DNA of 32,000 nucleotides, taken from Pirellula staleyi DSM 6068. Its GTDB lineage: Bacteria > Planctomycetota > Planctomycetia > Pirellulales > Pirellulaceae. The stretch is taken from contig CP001848.1 of assembly GCA_000025185.1 (NCBI GenBank), positions 1,380,001 through 1,412,000 of the forward strand, given 5' to 3'. Under the pieces are notes generated by a model, which searched no databases, had not been told where the DNA came from, and saw only the letters and a program-made list of their open reading frames with translations. Positions 9,179-17,765 of the stretch are shown here, piece by piece; position 1 is the first letter of the stretch, and every line of letters starts with the position of its first letter. Position numbers and translations under genes: made by a program.

Positions 9179-10430
9179 CTAGTTCTGCCAGCAAATCAAT
9201 GCCTTTTACGGAAAACCCCGGAAATTCTGGGGTTTTGTCGTTTCTTGCCGGAATGGATTTCCGCGATTTTCCACCCATTTCCGCCGTAGGGCGCGTCGGA
9301 TTTTGCGTCGGTAGCTGATCGGCTCCAACTGCTTTCCTCACATCATCTTCCGTCACTTGCAGGTAGTGCTTGGCGGCGATGAGTTGGCTATTCCCAATCC
9401 ACTCGCAAACTACATGCGTTGGATGGATTTTGCAAAGTTCGGTCTGTCGGGAGGCCCTGAGGTTGTGAAAAATCTTCGGCCAAGGCTGCAGGCCTGCCCG
9501 CTCAACGATCCGTTTCAGCTGAGTTCCCAGATTCTTTCCCGCTCCCCGATAGCTTGGGATGACGAACTCGGCTCCATCTGGGGCAAGCTCGAAAGCATCC
9601 TCCAGGTACGGGCGTAGCTCCTTGAAGATCGGCACGAACCGCGAATCCTTGCCGTCGTGGTGCTCGGTCTTGGGGGAACGCACGCGAATCATCGAGGCCT
9701 CCCAGTTCACATCTTGCCATCGTAGCTGGAGATGCTCGCTAGGACAGCGGAGGCCACCGTAGCGAGAAAGTGCAAAGATGAGCCTCCACTCAGCGTTGGG
9801 GCAAGCGTCCAGCACCTTAGTCGCCATTTCCTCGGTGACGAAGTACAACCTCTCTCGATTAGCCACGAGGTTCAGACTTTTCATCTCACCGAACGGATTA
9901 CTCGGAATCAGTCCTTTCTTCATCGCCGATTCGAAGAACTGCTTTGATCGCTGACACATCTTCCGAACTGTGTTCTCGCCAAGTCGCTTTCGCAGAGTCT
10001 TACGAAAATCCTCGGCATCTTCAGAGGAGATCGAGTTCATCTCGCGTGATTCGCCAAAATGCTTCTGCAATTCACCGGATACCTGCCTGAAGTGTCGGCG
10101 AGTGGGTTCTTTCGCATCGCTTCGACTCTCGATATAGCAATCGACGAACTCCCTGAGTTTGGGCTGTTCGACCTCTTTTCGCGGCGGAACTAGGTGGACA
10201 TTTGCCAGTTTGCGGTAAGTCGCGGTATCAAGCCCCTCAAGCCAACTGGCTGTTTCGGGGTCAAGTGATCGATGGAGCGCCCGGCACTCCAAGATATGCT
10301 CGACGCGACACTTCACTCCGTCAGCTGATTTCTTCGTCACCTTTCCTAAGTGGATCGACCTCCTTTCACCATCGAGACCCACGAACAGAATCCTTCGATA
10401 TCCATCCTTACTGCTTGAAACACTTGCCAT
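9117..10430 (-). CDS. int: Tyrosine recombinase / phage-type integrase
   Basis: Catalytic signature regions are present: ALSRYGGLRCPSEHLQLRWQDV (Arg box), HNLRASRQTEL (H-x-x-R) and IGNSQLIAAKHYLQV (catalytic Tyr). I prefer the start at the ATG at 10430 (MASVSSSKDG...), which has AGGAG 6 nt upstream. The track start is 10496. The last ~62 nt of the ORF run antisense through tRNA-Asn. Confidence 0.85.
   Translation of the reverse strand: MASVSSSKDGYRRILFVGLDGERRSIHLGKVTKKSADGVKCRVEHILECRALHRSLDPETASWLEGLDTATYRKLANVHLVPPRKEVEQPKLREFVDCYIESRSDAKEPTRRHFRQVSGELQKHFGESREMNSISSEDAEDFRKTLRKRLGENTVRKMCQRSKQFFESAMKKGLIPSNPFGEMKSLNLVANRERLYFVTEEMATKVLDACPNAEWRLIFALSRYGGLRCPSEHLQLRWQDVNWEASMIRVRSPKTEHHDGKDSRFVPIFKELRPYLEDAFELAPDGAEFVIPSYRGAGKNLGTQLKRIVERAGLQPWPKIFHNLRASRQTELCKIHPTHVVCEWIGNSQLIAAKHYLQVTEDDVRKAVGADQLPTQNPTRPTAEMGGKSRKSIPARNDKTPEFPGFSVKGIDLLAELAPPVGLEPTTRRLTVACSTN
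9212..9236 (+). terminator. Hairpin downstream of tRNA-Asn (terminator-like)
   Basis: aaaacccc (9212-9219) pairs with ggggtttt (9229-9236) around a 9-nt loop, 34 nt after the tRNA 3' end, with T-rich sequence following. It lies inside the low-complexity C-terminal tail of the integrase ORF on the opposite strand. Confidence 0.35.
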
Positions 10431-10514
10431 ATACTCTCCTGAACTTGCCATATAACCTAAATGCTTGATCGAATTTCGAAATTTTTTGAACTCCAAACCT
10501 ATAAGTTGATGCTA

Positions 10515-11981
10515 CTAGAACGGTGGATCAGAAGACTTGTACTCACACTTGCCATCAATCTCGGCCGTTCCCTCATCTTTGGTGGCTGAGGTCGCAACAT
10601 AAATTGTAGTAACTGGCCCTTGCCGAGGAGTACGCAATACTTTATCCAGATTCTTGGCTTCATAAAGCCTGTGCAACGCCTTCTCAGTATCCTCAATATT
10701 CTTAAGCCAACTCGCATTCTGCTGTACCTCTCGTGCTGTCATTCCATGTTCTCGTTTAGAGATCATATTCAGCAGCTTCTGATCATTGTCCATCGAGCGA
10801 TTTCCAGCAATGTACGCATAGACTCGTTCGGCTTGAACCTTGAACCATCTCGCCAGTTCAATCGCATTATCGAGTTCCTCGATCGAAAGTTCCGTGGACG
10901 GGTTCGACTTGCCAGGTGCAGAGGCCCACTTCACAAGATGCAGGATGAGAGCCAATCGCAAGACAGCACACTCCATCTTGGTGATACAGGCCGACATATC
11001 ATCCTCGTCGGTCGGATCGGATTCTCGCAACTCATCAGTGAACTCATAGTATCGTCGCCGAACATCCTCGGGCAGAGTGACGATGAGTGATTCGGGAGCG
11101 TCAGCGAGCTTGCCGCGGATATCCATTAGCCGTCTAAAAAGATGTTCAATAGCCTGAACGGAATCGACTTCGATAGGAATATCGTTGCTTCTTCTGACTC
11201 TCGCAGGTGGAAAGGCAAACAGAAATCTTGGGACCAATCCCGATCCAAAGTATTCAGGCTTCACCGCAAGACTTAGCATTTTTGGCTGAATGCCTGCCGT
11301 GATAGAAACGTTTGCTTGTTTAATCATTACCGAGCGTGGATTCCCTGTCTTGCGATCGATCGCAGCATACCGCCCGTCGTAGAGTTGTAGCCACTTCGAC
11401 TCATCTAGGCTCCCACCTCCGGACTTCGCATAACGATTCATGCCTGCAAAGAACTTGTGGCCCTCATCATGGACGAGAAGTAATCCCGAAGGAGATTTTG
11501 CGTGCTCATCATAGACAGTCTCAATCGTAATATCGTCAAGCAGTAAGCGTTCACAGTCGAGGTTCATGGGAATTGGTGGTGGTAGTTCCACTGGTGGCAG
11601 AGGGGCAGCTTCCTCTCCTTTCTTTGGCTTCTTGGGAGGTGACTGCGATTTTGCAGCTACGGCTGTTCTGATACGGTTGTAGAGGGCAGTCGATTCTCGC
11701 TTGCGCAACCACTTCATCACAAAGTCAATAGCTGGGCTTTTGGCACTACCGCTACGCCCTACTATCATGCTCCAGAGTGTTGGTACAGTTCGAAAACCGG
11801 GCTTACACTCGATCATCACTCGATTACCAACGACACCTGCGACTGCAGTCAGCACGGGAAGACCAAGGAACGATACATCACAGTCAATTGACTTCGACGC
11901 ATTCCACAGTGCCTTCTGAATCGAAACAGGAAATCCATCCAGAGGAAACGGAGTGAACTCACCTGGAAGAACCTTACTCAT
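10515..11981 (-). CDS. DUF3987/YfjI-like P-loop protein (replication/helicase-like protein of integrative elements)
   Basis: The N-terminal FPLDGFPVSIQKALWNASKSIDCDVSFLGLPVLTAVAGVVGN..., followed by the P-loop IVGRSGSAKSP and an acidic LLLVHDEG box, is the arrangement I associate with DUF3987 proteins encoded next to integrases. I prefer the ATG at 11981 over the TTG at 12035. Confidence 0.6.
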   Translation of the reverse strand: MSKVLPGEFTPFPLDGFPVSIQKALWNASKSIDCDVSFLGLPVLTAVAGVVGNRVMIECKPGFRTVPTLWSMIVGRSGSAKSPAIDFVMKWLRKRESTALYNRIRTAVAAKSQSPPKKPKKGEEAAPLPPVELPPPIPMNLDCERLLLDDITIETVYDEHAKSPSGLLLVHDEGHKFFAGMNRYAKSGGGSLDESKWLQLYDGRYAAIDRKTGNPRSVMIKQANVSITAGIQPKMLSLAVKPEYFGSGLVPRFLFAFPPARVRRSNDIPIEVDSVQAIEHLFRRLMDIRGKLADAPESLIVTLPEDVRRRYYEFTDELRESDPTDEDDMSACITKMECAVLRLALILHLVKWASAPGKSNPSTELSIEELDNAIELARWFKVQAERVYAYIAGNRSMDNDQKLLNMISKREHGMTAREVQQNASWLKNIEDTEKALHRLYEAKNLDKVLRTPRQGPVTTIYVATSATKDEGTAEIDGKCEYKSSDPPF

Positions 11982-12260
11982 GATTATTTGCAAATTCCTT
12001 CTTGCTTGTTTACCTAAATCAATCCTTAACGACAACGGCTTTCAACAAATCGTGGTTTCTATGTGGGGCACCCGCCCAACAAATCGCGTGATATGAGGCC
12101 ATCACGCTGGCATCTTGGGACGGTAATAGCAATATGCCCTTACTGCGCCCCTAAAGACGATCAATGTCGACATGCCTTAGACGCGTATGAGCGTCCTCTG
12201 TGTCGACGAAGTATCTACGGGTTTGGTTGTTTGCCAAGAATTGGCAAGATTCCGTAGATT

Positions 12261-12503
12261 TCAGAACTTGGAGCTTACCACTTGCTCCGTGGTACCTTGC
12301 GCCATGCTGCTCTCAAGCCATTTGCTCAGAGCCTCGATGGGATAGAGAACGATCCCGTTCACGCGTAGGTGTGGGATCTTGTTCTCTTTTGTCCACTTTG
12401 ACAGTGTCTTCTCCGAGATACCGAGGGCTTTGGCTGCTTCTTTCGATCGCAATGCCAGTTTCTCACCCGATTTACCCGCCACCAATCCTGCATCCTTGCT
12501 CAT
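12261..12503 (-). CDS. AlpA/excisionase-family helix-turn-helix DNA-binding protein
   Basis: LRSKEAAKALGISEKTLSKWTKENKIPHLRVNGIVLYPIEALSKWL is a typical HTH_17/Xis-AlpA motif. It is small (~80 aa) and co-oriented with the DUF3987-like and int genes. Confidence 0.75.
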   Translation of the reverse strand: MSKDAGLVAGKSGEKLALRSKEAAKALGISEKTLSKWTKENKIPHLRVNGIVLYPIEALSKWLESSMAQGTTEQVVSSKF

Positions 12504-13323
12504 TCTCACTACAAAAAACTCCGATTCATTGTGTCCCTAAACTGCATGCTTGCTCTCTAACTACTTACGAATGACGATATGGCTTAATGCCTCTTTCTTT
12601 TCCCGCCTACCGACTGCCAAGCGGACTCGCGAGGGTTAGCCCTTGTTAGCTTTCGCGCGCGTGGAAAAGAGCCTGCTGTTTCTAAGCCCCTTCCTAGTAT
12701 CGCTTTCTGCCACTCAGAAGCAGCCCCGAATTTCAGATTCCTACCCTGACTCTATCCATTGTGACCACTGTGCATTGCTTGTCCTTTCGATCGCTTACAC
12801 TGCTCAAGATACGCACCCTATTTCAGGGCCTCTTGCGAGGTAGCAAGACAGGCCAGATCGACTATACCTGCTGAGCTGGAACCAGCGGCGATTCGGGAAA
12901 GAAAGATCTTACGGATTTATTATAATGCATGTTTTCAAAATGATGGTTTGCATTGATAAATATTGTTTGCATCATCTTGGCATACCACAACTTGTGCAAA
13001 AACTTCATACTCGGCAATTTGTGCAATCCTCGCGGGATTTGACTAAGATTTACTTTTCTGGACATTGCTCATACTTCCAAAAAAACCACACGAGATAGGC
13101 CCTACTTCATGAGTCTCGATCGCTATCATCCAGCAGAGATGACGACATTCTAAAGAGAAAAAATGGCTGTAATATCAACTGCAAAAATGACGGCAATATC
13201 GACTGCAATTCTGAGAGCAATTTTCAGCATCATCTAGCGGTTGCTAGTTGTTGACGACTTCGTACAGTTGTACGATTCTGGTTGGCCCGACATCTGAGTG
13301 ACACACTAAGCTTAATTTTCAAT

Positions 13324-14208
13324 ATGCCTAAGTTTCAGCAGCGTCCGTTTTCGATCACCATCTTTGTCCCGGATGGCGATCCCGATAGCCTTCGACTGGT
13401 CGAGAAGTCGAACTGGACCGGGATTGGAGTGGTGTTCAATCGCACCAACTACAAGCAAGTGGTTCTGCAGGAAGAGTTTGAGCGAACCGGGGTCTACGTG
13501 CTGGTCGGAGATTCCGAAACGAGTGGGCTGCCGACGATTTACATCGGTGAGGGAGATCCGGTCAAGTATCGTCTCAACAGTCACTACAGCCAGAAAGACT
13601 TCTGGGACTGGGCTGTCTTCTTCGTCACGAAAGATAGCAGCCTGAACAAAGCCCACGTGCAGTACCTGGAGGCTCGCCTGATCGAGCTGGCCCGTGCTGC
13701 CAAGCAGTGCAAACTGGCGAACAACCAGTCTCCTGCTGCACCTTCGCTTTCGAAGGCTCAGACAGCCGATGTCGAAAGCTTCCTAGCCGATATGCTCAGC
13801 ATCTTCCCACTCGTTGGGCTGGGAGTATTTGAAGCTACGGAATCCTCGCCCAAAGCCCAGCAGCAGATGTTCTACATTGCCTCGAAGGGGATTAAGGCAA
13901 GTGGCTATGAGGATCCCAAGGGATTCGTCGTGCTGAAAGGATCACAGGTCATGAAGACCGAGGCACCTTCGATTGGCCCGTACCTGAAAGCATTGCGAAC
14001 AGACCTATTGGATGGAGGCGTTATCGCACTAAGTGGTGAGTATTACGTGCTGACGCAGGACTACGTCTTCACGTCTCCCTCTACAGCCTCTTCGGTGGTT
14101 CAAGGTAGGCGATCCAATGGACGCGCCGATTGGAAGACTAAGGATGGAGTAACGCTTCGTGAAATTCAGGAATCGGCGGCTGGTTTAGTGGAAAATTCAG
14201 GTGAGTGA
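13324..14208 (+). CDS. GIY-YIG nuclease-like protein with C-terminal DUF4357-type domain
   Basis: The N-terminal half (GVYVLVGDSE...TIYIGEGDPVKYRLNSHYSQKDFWDWAVFFVTKD..NKAHVQYLEARLIELA) matches the GIY-YIG-like core of methylase-associated DUF4357 proteins. The C-terminus (KGFVVLKGSQV...FTSPSTASSVVQGRRSNGRADWKTKDG) matches the DUF4357 pattern. I prefer the ATG at 13324 over the TTG at 13282. Confidence 0.7.
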   Translation: MPKFQQRPFSITIFVPDGDPDSLRLVEKSNWTGIGVVFNRTNYKQVVLQEEFERTGVYVLVGDSETSGLPTIYIGEGDPVKYRLNSHYSQKDFWDWAVFFVTKDSSLNKAHVQYLEARLIELARAAKQCKLANNQSPAAPSLSKAQTADVESFLADMLSIFPLVGLGVFEATESSPKAQQQMFYIASKGIKASGYEDPKGFVVLKGSQVMKTEAPSIGPYLKALRTDLLDGGVIALSGEYYVLTQDYVFTSPSTASSVVQGRRSNGRADWKTKDGVTLREIQESAAGLVENSGE

Positions 14209-15362
14209 TCAAGCAATTCTTTCCACCAAATTAATATGTGCCGTCTTGTGTCCATAAGGTGTTCAGGTAGTTTGCGTGTGTCATCATGAACTAAAAATTT
14301 GCACGCCCCAGTTTGTCCATCTTCACCAAGCCCCCAGGCTGCCCCGTGTCTAGAGCAGTATCCCTTGTCATTAGGGCCTAAAAAAAGAGATGCCCCTCTG
14401 AACGGTGTTGTGGTGTATTTTATTGGCAACTGCTAGTATATATGGGGGGCTGTCAGTGAGATTGTCACTCCCACAGATTTCTTCCAGACTGCTAAATCTG
14501 GCCAGGACTTATTTGCTTACCATGACATATGGACCGGGACGTCACTGCTTGATACCCCAGCGATGGGATATGCCAGATCCACTACTGGCCCGTTGCCCGG
14601 AAAAACCTAAATGTAGGAAAGTCCTGTTTCGTCTTTTACTTGCCCTACCGTGCGAGGTTTTAAGCACGGCCTTGCCAGCTTCATGAGCTTTTTGGTTCGG
14701 GATAAAGTCACTAAGTCATAACCCGTTCACACATCCGTGCGAAGTTGCCAATTACTTCCTCTGTGCCCAATGCCGCAGGATCAATTTCAGCCACGAACAT
14801 CAAGCACTCATCCAGTATAACATACAACCCTCCAAATCCGTTCAATTTCGTGGTTGCGAGAGTTGTAAGATGATTCTGCTCAAGAGCTTATAGCCACAGA
14901 ATCATGTCAAGAATTTGCAGCACTTGGGAGACTTTTTGGCGACCTTTCGCCTTGGATGCTACCCAACAATGCTTTGAGATTCTCTGGTTTGAATGACCCG
15001 CTAGAAGATCGCCTACTTCGACTCACATTTCCATTCGTCAGCACAATGCCCCTCACAGCTCGTTCGCTGCTATGCACCTCTCACAAGACATAATTGCGTC
15101 GCCAACTCTTTCAACGCGATCCTAGGGCCCTCTGCGTGGCCTTGAAACGCTCTCAAACGCCCGCCCCTTCGCCAGTGCCTCTCGTGGCTGAGATCGCGCC
15201 CCAACACTCCCCTTCTCCCCACTGCACAACTGCACTGCTGGGAGCCTCCTCTCCGCGATGCTAAATTGCTCTCCCTGCACCGCACTGAAGCCAGCCATTT
15301 GCCCCAAACTTCCCAGTCGTCCCAGCCTCGCCCCTGCTCCTCTCCGAAATCCCCTCTGCACC

Positions 15363-17765
15363 ATGGCCCTCAAAAAGTCGAGTCTCTACTCCTCCCTCTG
15401 GTCAAGCTGCGACGAACTCCGTGGCGGCATGGACGCCAGTCAGTACAAAGACTACGTCCTGGTGCTCCTCTTCCTCAAATACATCAGCGACAAGTACGCC
15501 AACGTCCCCTACGCGCCGATCGAAGTCCCGAAGGGCTCTAGCTTTAAGGACATGGTCGCCCTCAAGGGAACCAAAGACATCGGCGACGATATCAACAAAA
15601 AGATCATCGCCCCCATCGCCCAGGCCAACCGTTTGTCGGACATGCCCGACTTCAACGACTCCACCAAGCTGGGCAGTGGCAAAGAAAAAGTCGATCGCCT
15701 CACCAACCTCATCGCCATCTTCGAAAACAAGTCGCTCGACTTCTCCAAAAACCGAGCCGATGGCGACGACATCCTGGGCGATGCCTACGAATACCTCATG
15801 CGGCACTTCGCCACCGAAAGTGGCAAGAGCAAAGGCCAGTTCTACACCCCGGCCGAAGTCAGCCGCATCATTGCCCAAATCATCGGCATCAAGACCGCCA
15901 AAACCACTGGCAGCACCACGGTTTACGATCCCACATGCGGCTCCGGCTCGCTCCTGTTGAAAGTCAGCGACGAAGCTCAAACGCCAGTCACCCTCTACGG
16001 CCAAGAGAAAGATGCGGCCACCAGCGGCTTGGCTCGCATGAACACCATCCTGCACAACATGCCCACCGCACTCATCGAGCAAGGCAACACCCTCTCCAAT
16101 CCCCGCTTTGTCGATGGCTCGTCGCTCAAGACGTTCGACTACGTCGTCGCCAATCCACCGTTTTCCGACAAACGCTGGAGCACTGGTCTCGATCCAGCCA
16201 GCGATCCCCACGCCCGTTTCACCCTCGGCATTCCACCCGCCAAGCAGGGCGACTATGCCTATCTCCTGCACATCATCCGCTCCCTCAAATCCACTGGCCA
16301 AGGTGCCTGCATTCTTCCGCACGGTGTTCTGTTTCGCGGCAATGCCGAAGCCGAAATCCGCAAAAACCTGCTTCGCAAGGGCTACATCAAAGGGATCATC
16401 GGCCTACCTGCCAACCTCTTCTATGGCACCGGCATCCCTGCCTGCATTGTGGTGATCGATAAGAAAGAGGCCAACCGTCGCCAAGCGATCTTCATGATCG
16501 ATGCCAGCAGTGGCTACATGAAAGATGGCCCCAAGAACCGGCTCCGTGCCCGCGATATCCATAAGATTGTCGACACCTTCAATCAGCAGCTCGAAGTTCC
16601 CAAGTACTCGCGGCTGGTGACGATCGAAGAGATCGAGAAGAACGACTTCAATCTCAATCTTCCCCGCTACATCGATAGCCAAACGCCTGAAGATATTCAG
16701 AACATCGATGGCCATCTTAAGGGTGGCATACCCGTTGAAGATACCACCTCGCTCGAGCCCTACTGGAAAGTCTGCCCTGGTCTTCAAAAAGCACTTTTCA
16801 AGAAGAATCGCACGGGCTTTGTCGATTTGCGTGTCGAGCCTGCCGAAATCAAGACCACCATCTACCAGCATCCAGAGTTCACCCAGTTCATCACCCAGAT
16901 GAATCAGCACTTTGACACTTGGCGACAAAAGGCGGCCAAGACACTCAAAGCGCTCGATGCGGGCCATCATCCGAAGCAGCTCATCGCCAAACTGGCCGAT
17001 GGATTGCTCGAGCACTATCAGGCTTCGCCACTCATCGATCCCTATGCCGTCTATCAGCACCTGATGGACTACTGGGAAACCACCATGCAAGACGATTGCT
17101 ACAGCATCGCCGCCGATGGTTGGAAGGCCGAGCCGCAGCGATTGGTCGAGCAAACCAAAGCGGGCAAAACCAAAGATCGAGGCTGGGCGTGCGATCTGGT
17201 CCCCAAGTCGCTTGTCGTCGCTCGCTACTTTGCTAAGCAGCAGGCCGAAATCGATTCGCTCGCCGCGATGCTCGAAGCTGCCTCAGCCGCCATTGCCGAA
17301 ATGGAAGAAGAGCATGGTGGCGAGGAAGGTCTGTTTGCCGCACTAGAAAAAATCAGCCTGGCTTCGGTCAAGGCGCGGATGAAGGAGATTGTGGCCGAGG
17401 GTGATACGCTCAGCCGCGAGGAATTCGAGCTACTCGAAAAATACTGCGCCTTGGTGCAAGGCGAAACCACGCTTCGTCGCGATCTGGCGACCAAGACCGA
17501 CGAACTCGACCAGCTGGCCCTGGAACACTATGCCAAGCTCACCCCTGCCGAGATCAAAACCCTGGTGGTCGACGACAAATGGCTCGCCACGCTCGCCGCA
17601 GCTGTGCAGGGTGAAATGGACCGCATCAGCCAATCGCTCACCTCGCGCGTGAAGGAGCTGGCCGAGCGCTACCGCGAGCCGCTCCCCCAGCTTACCCTCC
17701 GCTGCCAACAGCTCGAAGCCCAGGTCAACACGCATCTGGAAAGGATGGGCTTCTCATGGCAGTGA
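15363..17765 (+). CDS. hsdM: Type I restriction-modification system, DNA methyltransferase subunit M (long form, ~800 aa)
   Basis: The N-terminus LWSSCDELRGGMDASQYKDYVLVLLFLKYISDKY is an HsdM N-domain. The SAM motif is VYDPTCGSGSLL and the catalytic motif is VVANPPFS. I prefer the start at the ATG at 15363 (MALKKSSLY...). The upstream part of the track ORF (15258-) is low-complexity. Confidence 0.92.
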   Translation: MALKKSSLYSSLWSSCDELRGGMDASQYKDYVLVLLFLKYISDKYANVPYAPIEVPKGSSFKDMVALKGTKDIGDDINKKIIAPIAQANRLSDMPDFNDSTKLGSGKEKVDRLTNLIAIFENKSLDFSKNRADGDDILGDAYEYLMRHFATESGKSKGQFYTPAEVSRIIAQIIGIKTAKTTGSTTVYDPTCGSGSLLLKVSDEAQTPVTLYGQEKDAATSGLARMNTILHNMPTALIEQGNTLSNPRFVDGSSLKTFDYVVANPPFSDKRWSTGLDPASDPHARFTLGIPPAKQGDYAYLLHIIRSLKSTGQGACILPHGVLFRGNAEAEIRKNLLRKGYIKGIIGLPANLFYGTGIPACIVVIDKKEANRRQAIFMIDASSGYMKDGPKNRLRARDIHKIVDTFNQQLEVPKYSRLVTIEEIEKNDFNLNLPRYIDSQTPEDIQNIDGHLKGGIPVEDTTSLEPYWKVCPGLQKALFKKNRTGFVDLRVEPAEIKTTIYQHPEFTQFITQMNQHFDTWRQKAAKTLKALDAGHHPKQLIAKLADGLLEHYQASPLIDPYAVYQHLMDYWETTMQDDCYSIAADGWKAEPQRLVEQTKAGKTKDRGWACDLVPKSLVVARYFAKQQAEIDSLAAMLEAASAAIAEMEEEHGGEEGLFAALEKISLASVKARMKEIVAEGDTLSREEFELLEKYCALVQGETTLRRDLATKTDELDQLALEHYAKLTPAEIKTLVVDDKWLATLAAAVQGEMDRISQSLTSRVKELAERYREPLPQLTLRCQQLEAQVNTHLERMGFSWQ

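Larger units (their letters stand above)
9106..12503. mobile_element. Integration/replication module of a tRNA-Asn-associated integrative element (left end; right boundary not identified in the window)
   Basis: The tRNA 3' end faces an int - DUF3987-like - xis/alpA gene set, all on the minus strand. By eye the composition is more AT-rich from about 10.5 to 15 kb than in the flanking core genes. I did not find a second copy of the tRNA 3' end in the window. Confidence 0.6.

Noticed and set aside
12862-13065. 67-aa minus-strand ORF in the AT-rich gap, and a 24-codon plus-strand ORF at 13163..13237
   Set aside because: They are short, with AT-rich codon composition, no SD or motif support, and no way to test conservation here. 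The region is more likely regulatory.
14166-14686. ORFs 14166..14429 (minus strand, 87 aa) and 14405..14686 (plus strand, 93 aa)
   Set aside because: The first overlaps the 3' end of the GIY-YIG gene. Neither has recognisable motifs or convincing composition, so I treated them as part of the decayed region.
15402-17153. Minus-strand ORFs 15402..16322 (306 aa) and 16404..17153 (249 aa); also plus-strand 15421..15960 and 15935..16462
   Set aside because: They are antisense or off-frame within hsdM, whose frame carries the diagnostic motifs.
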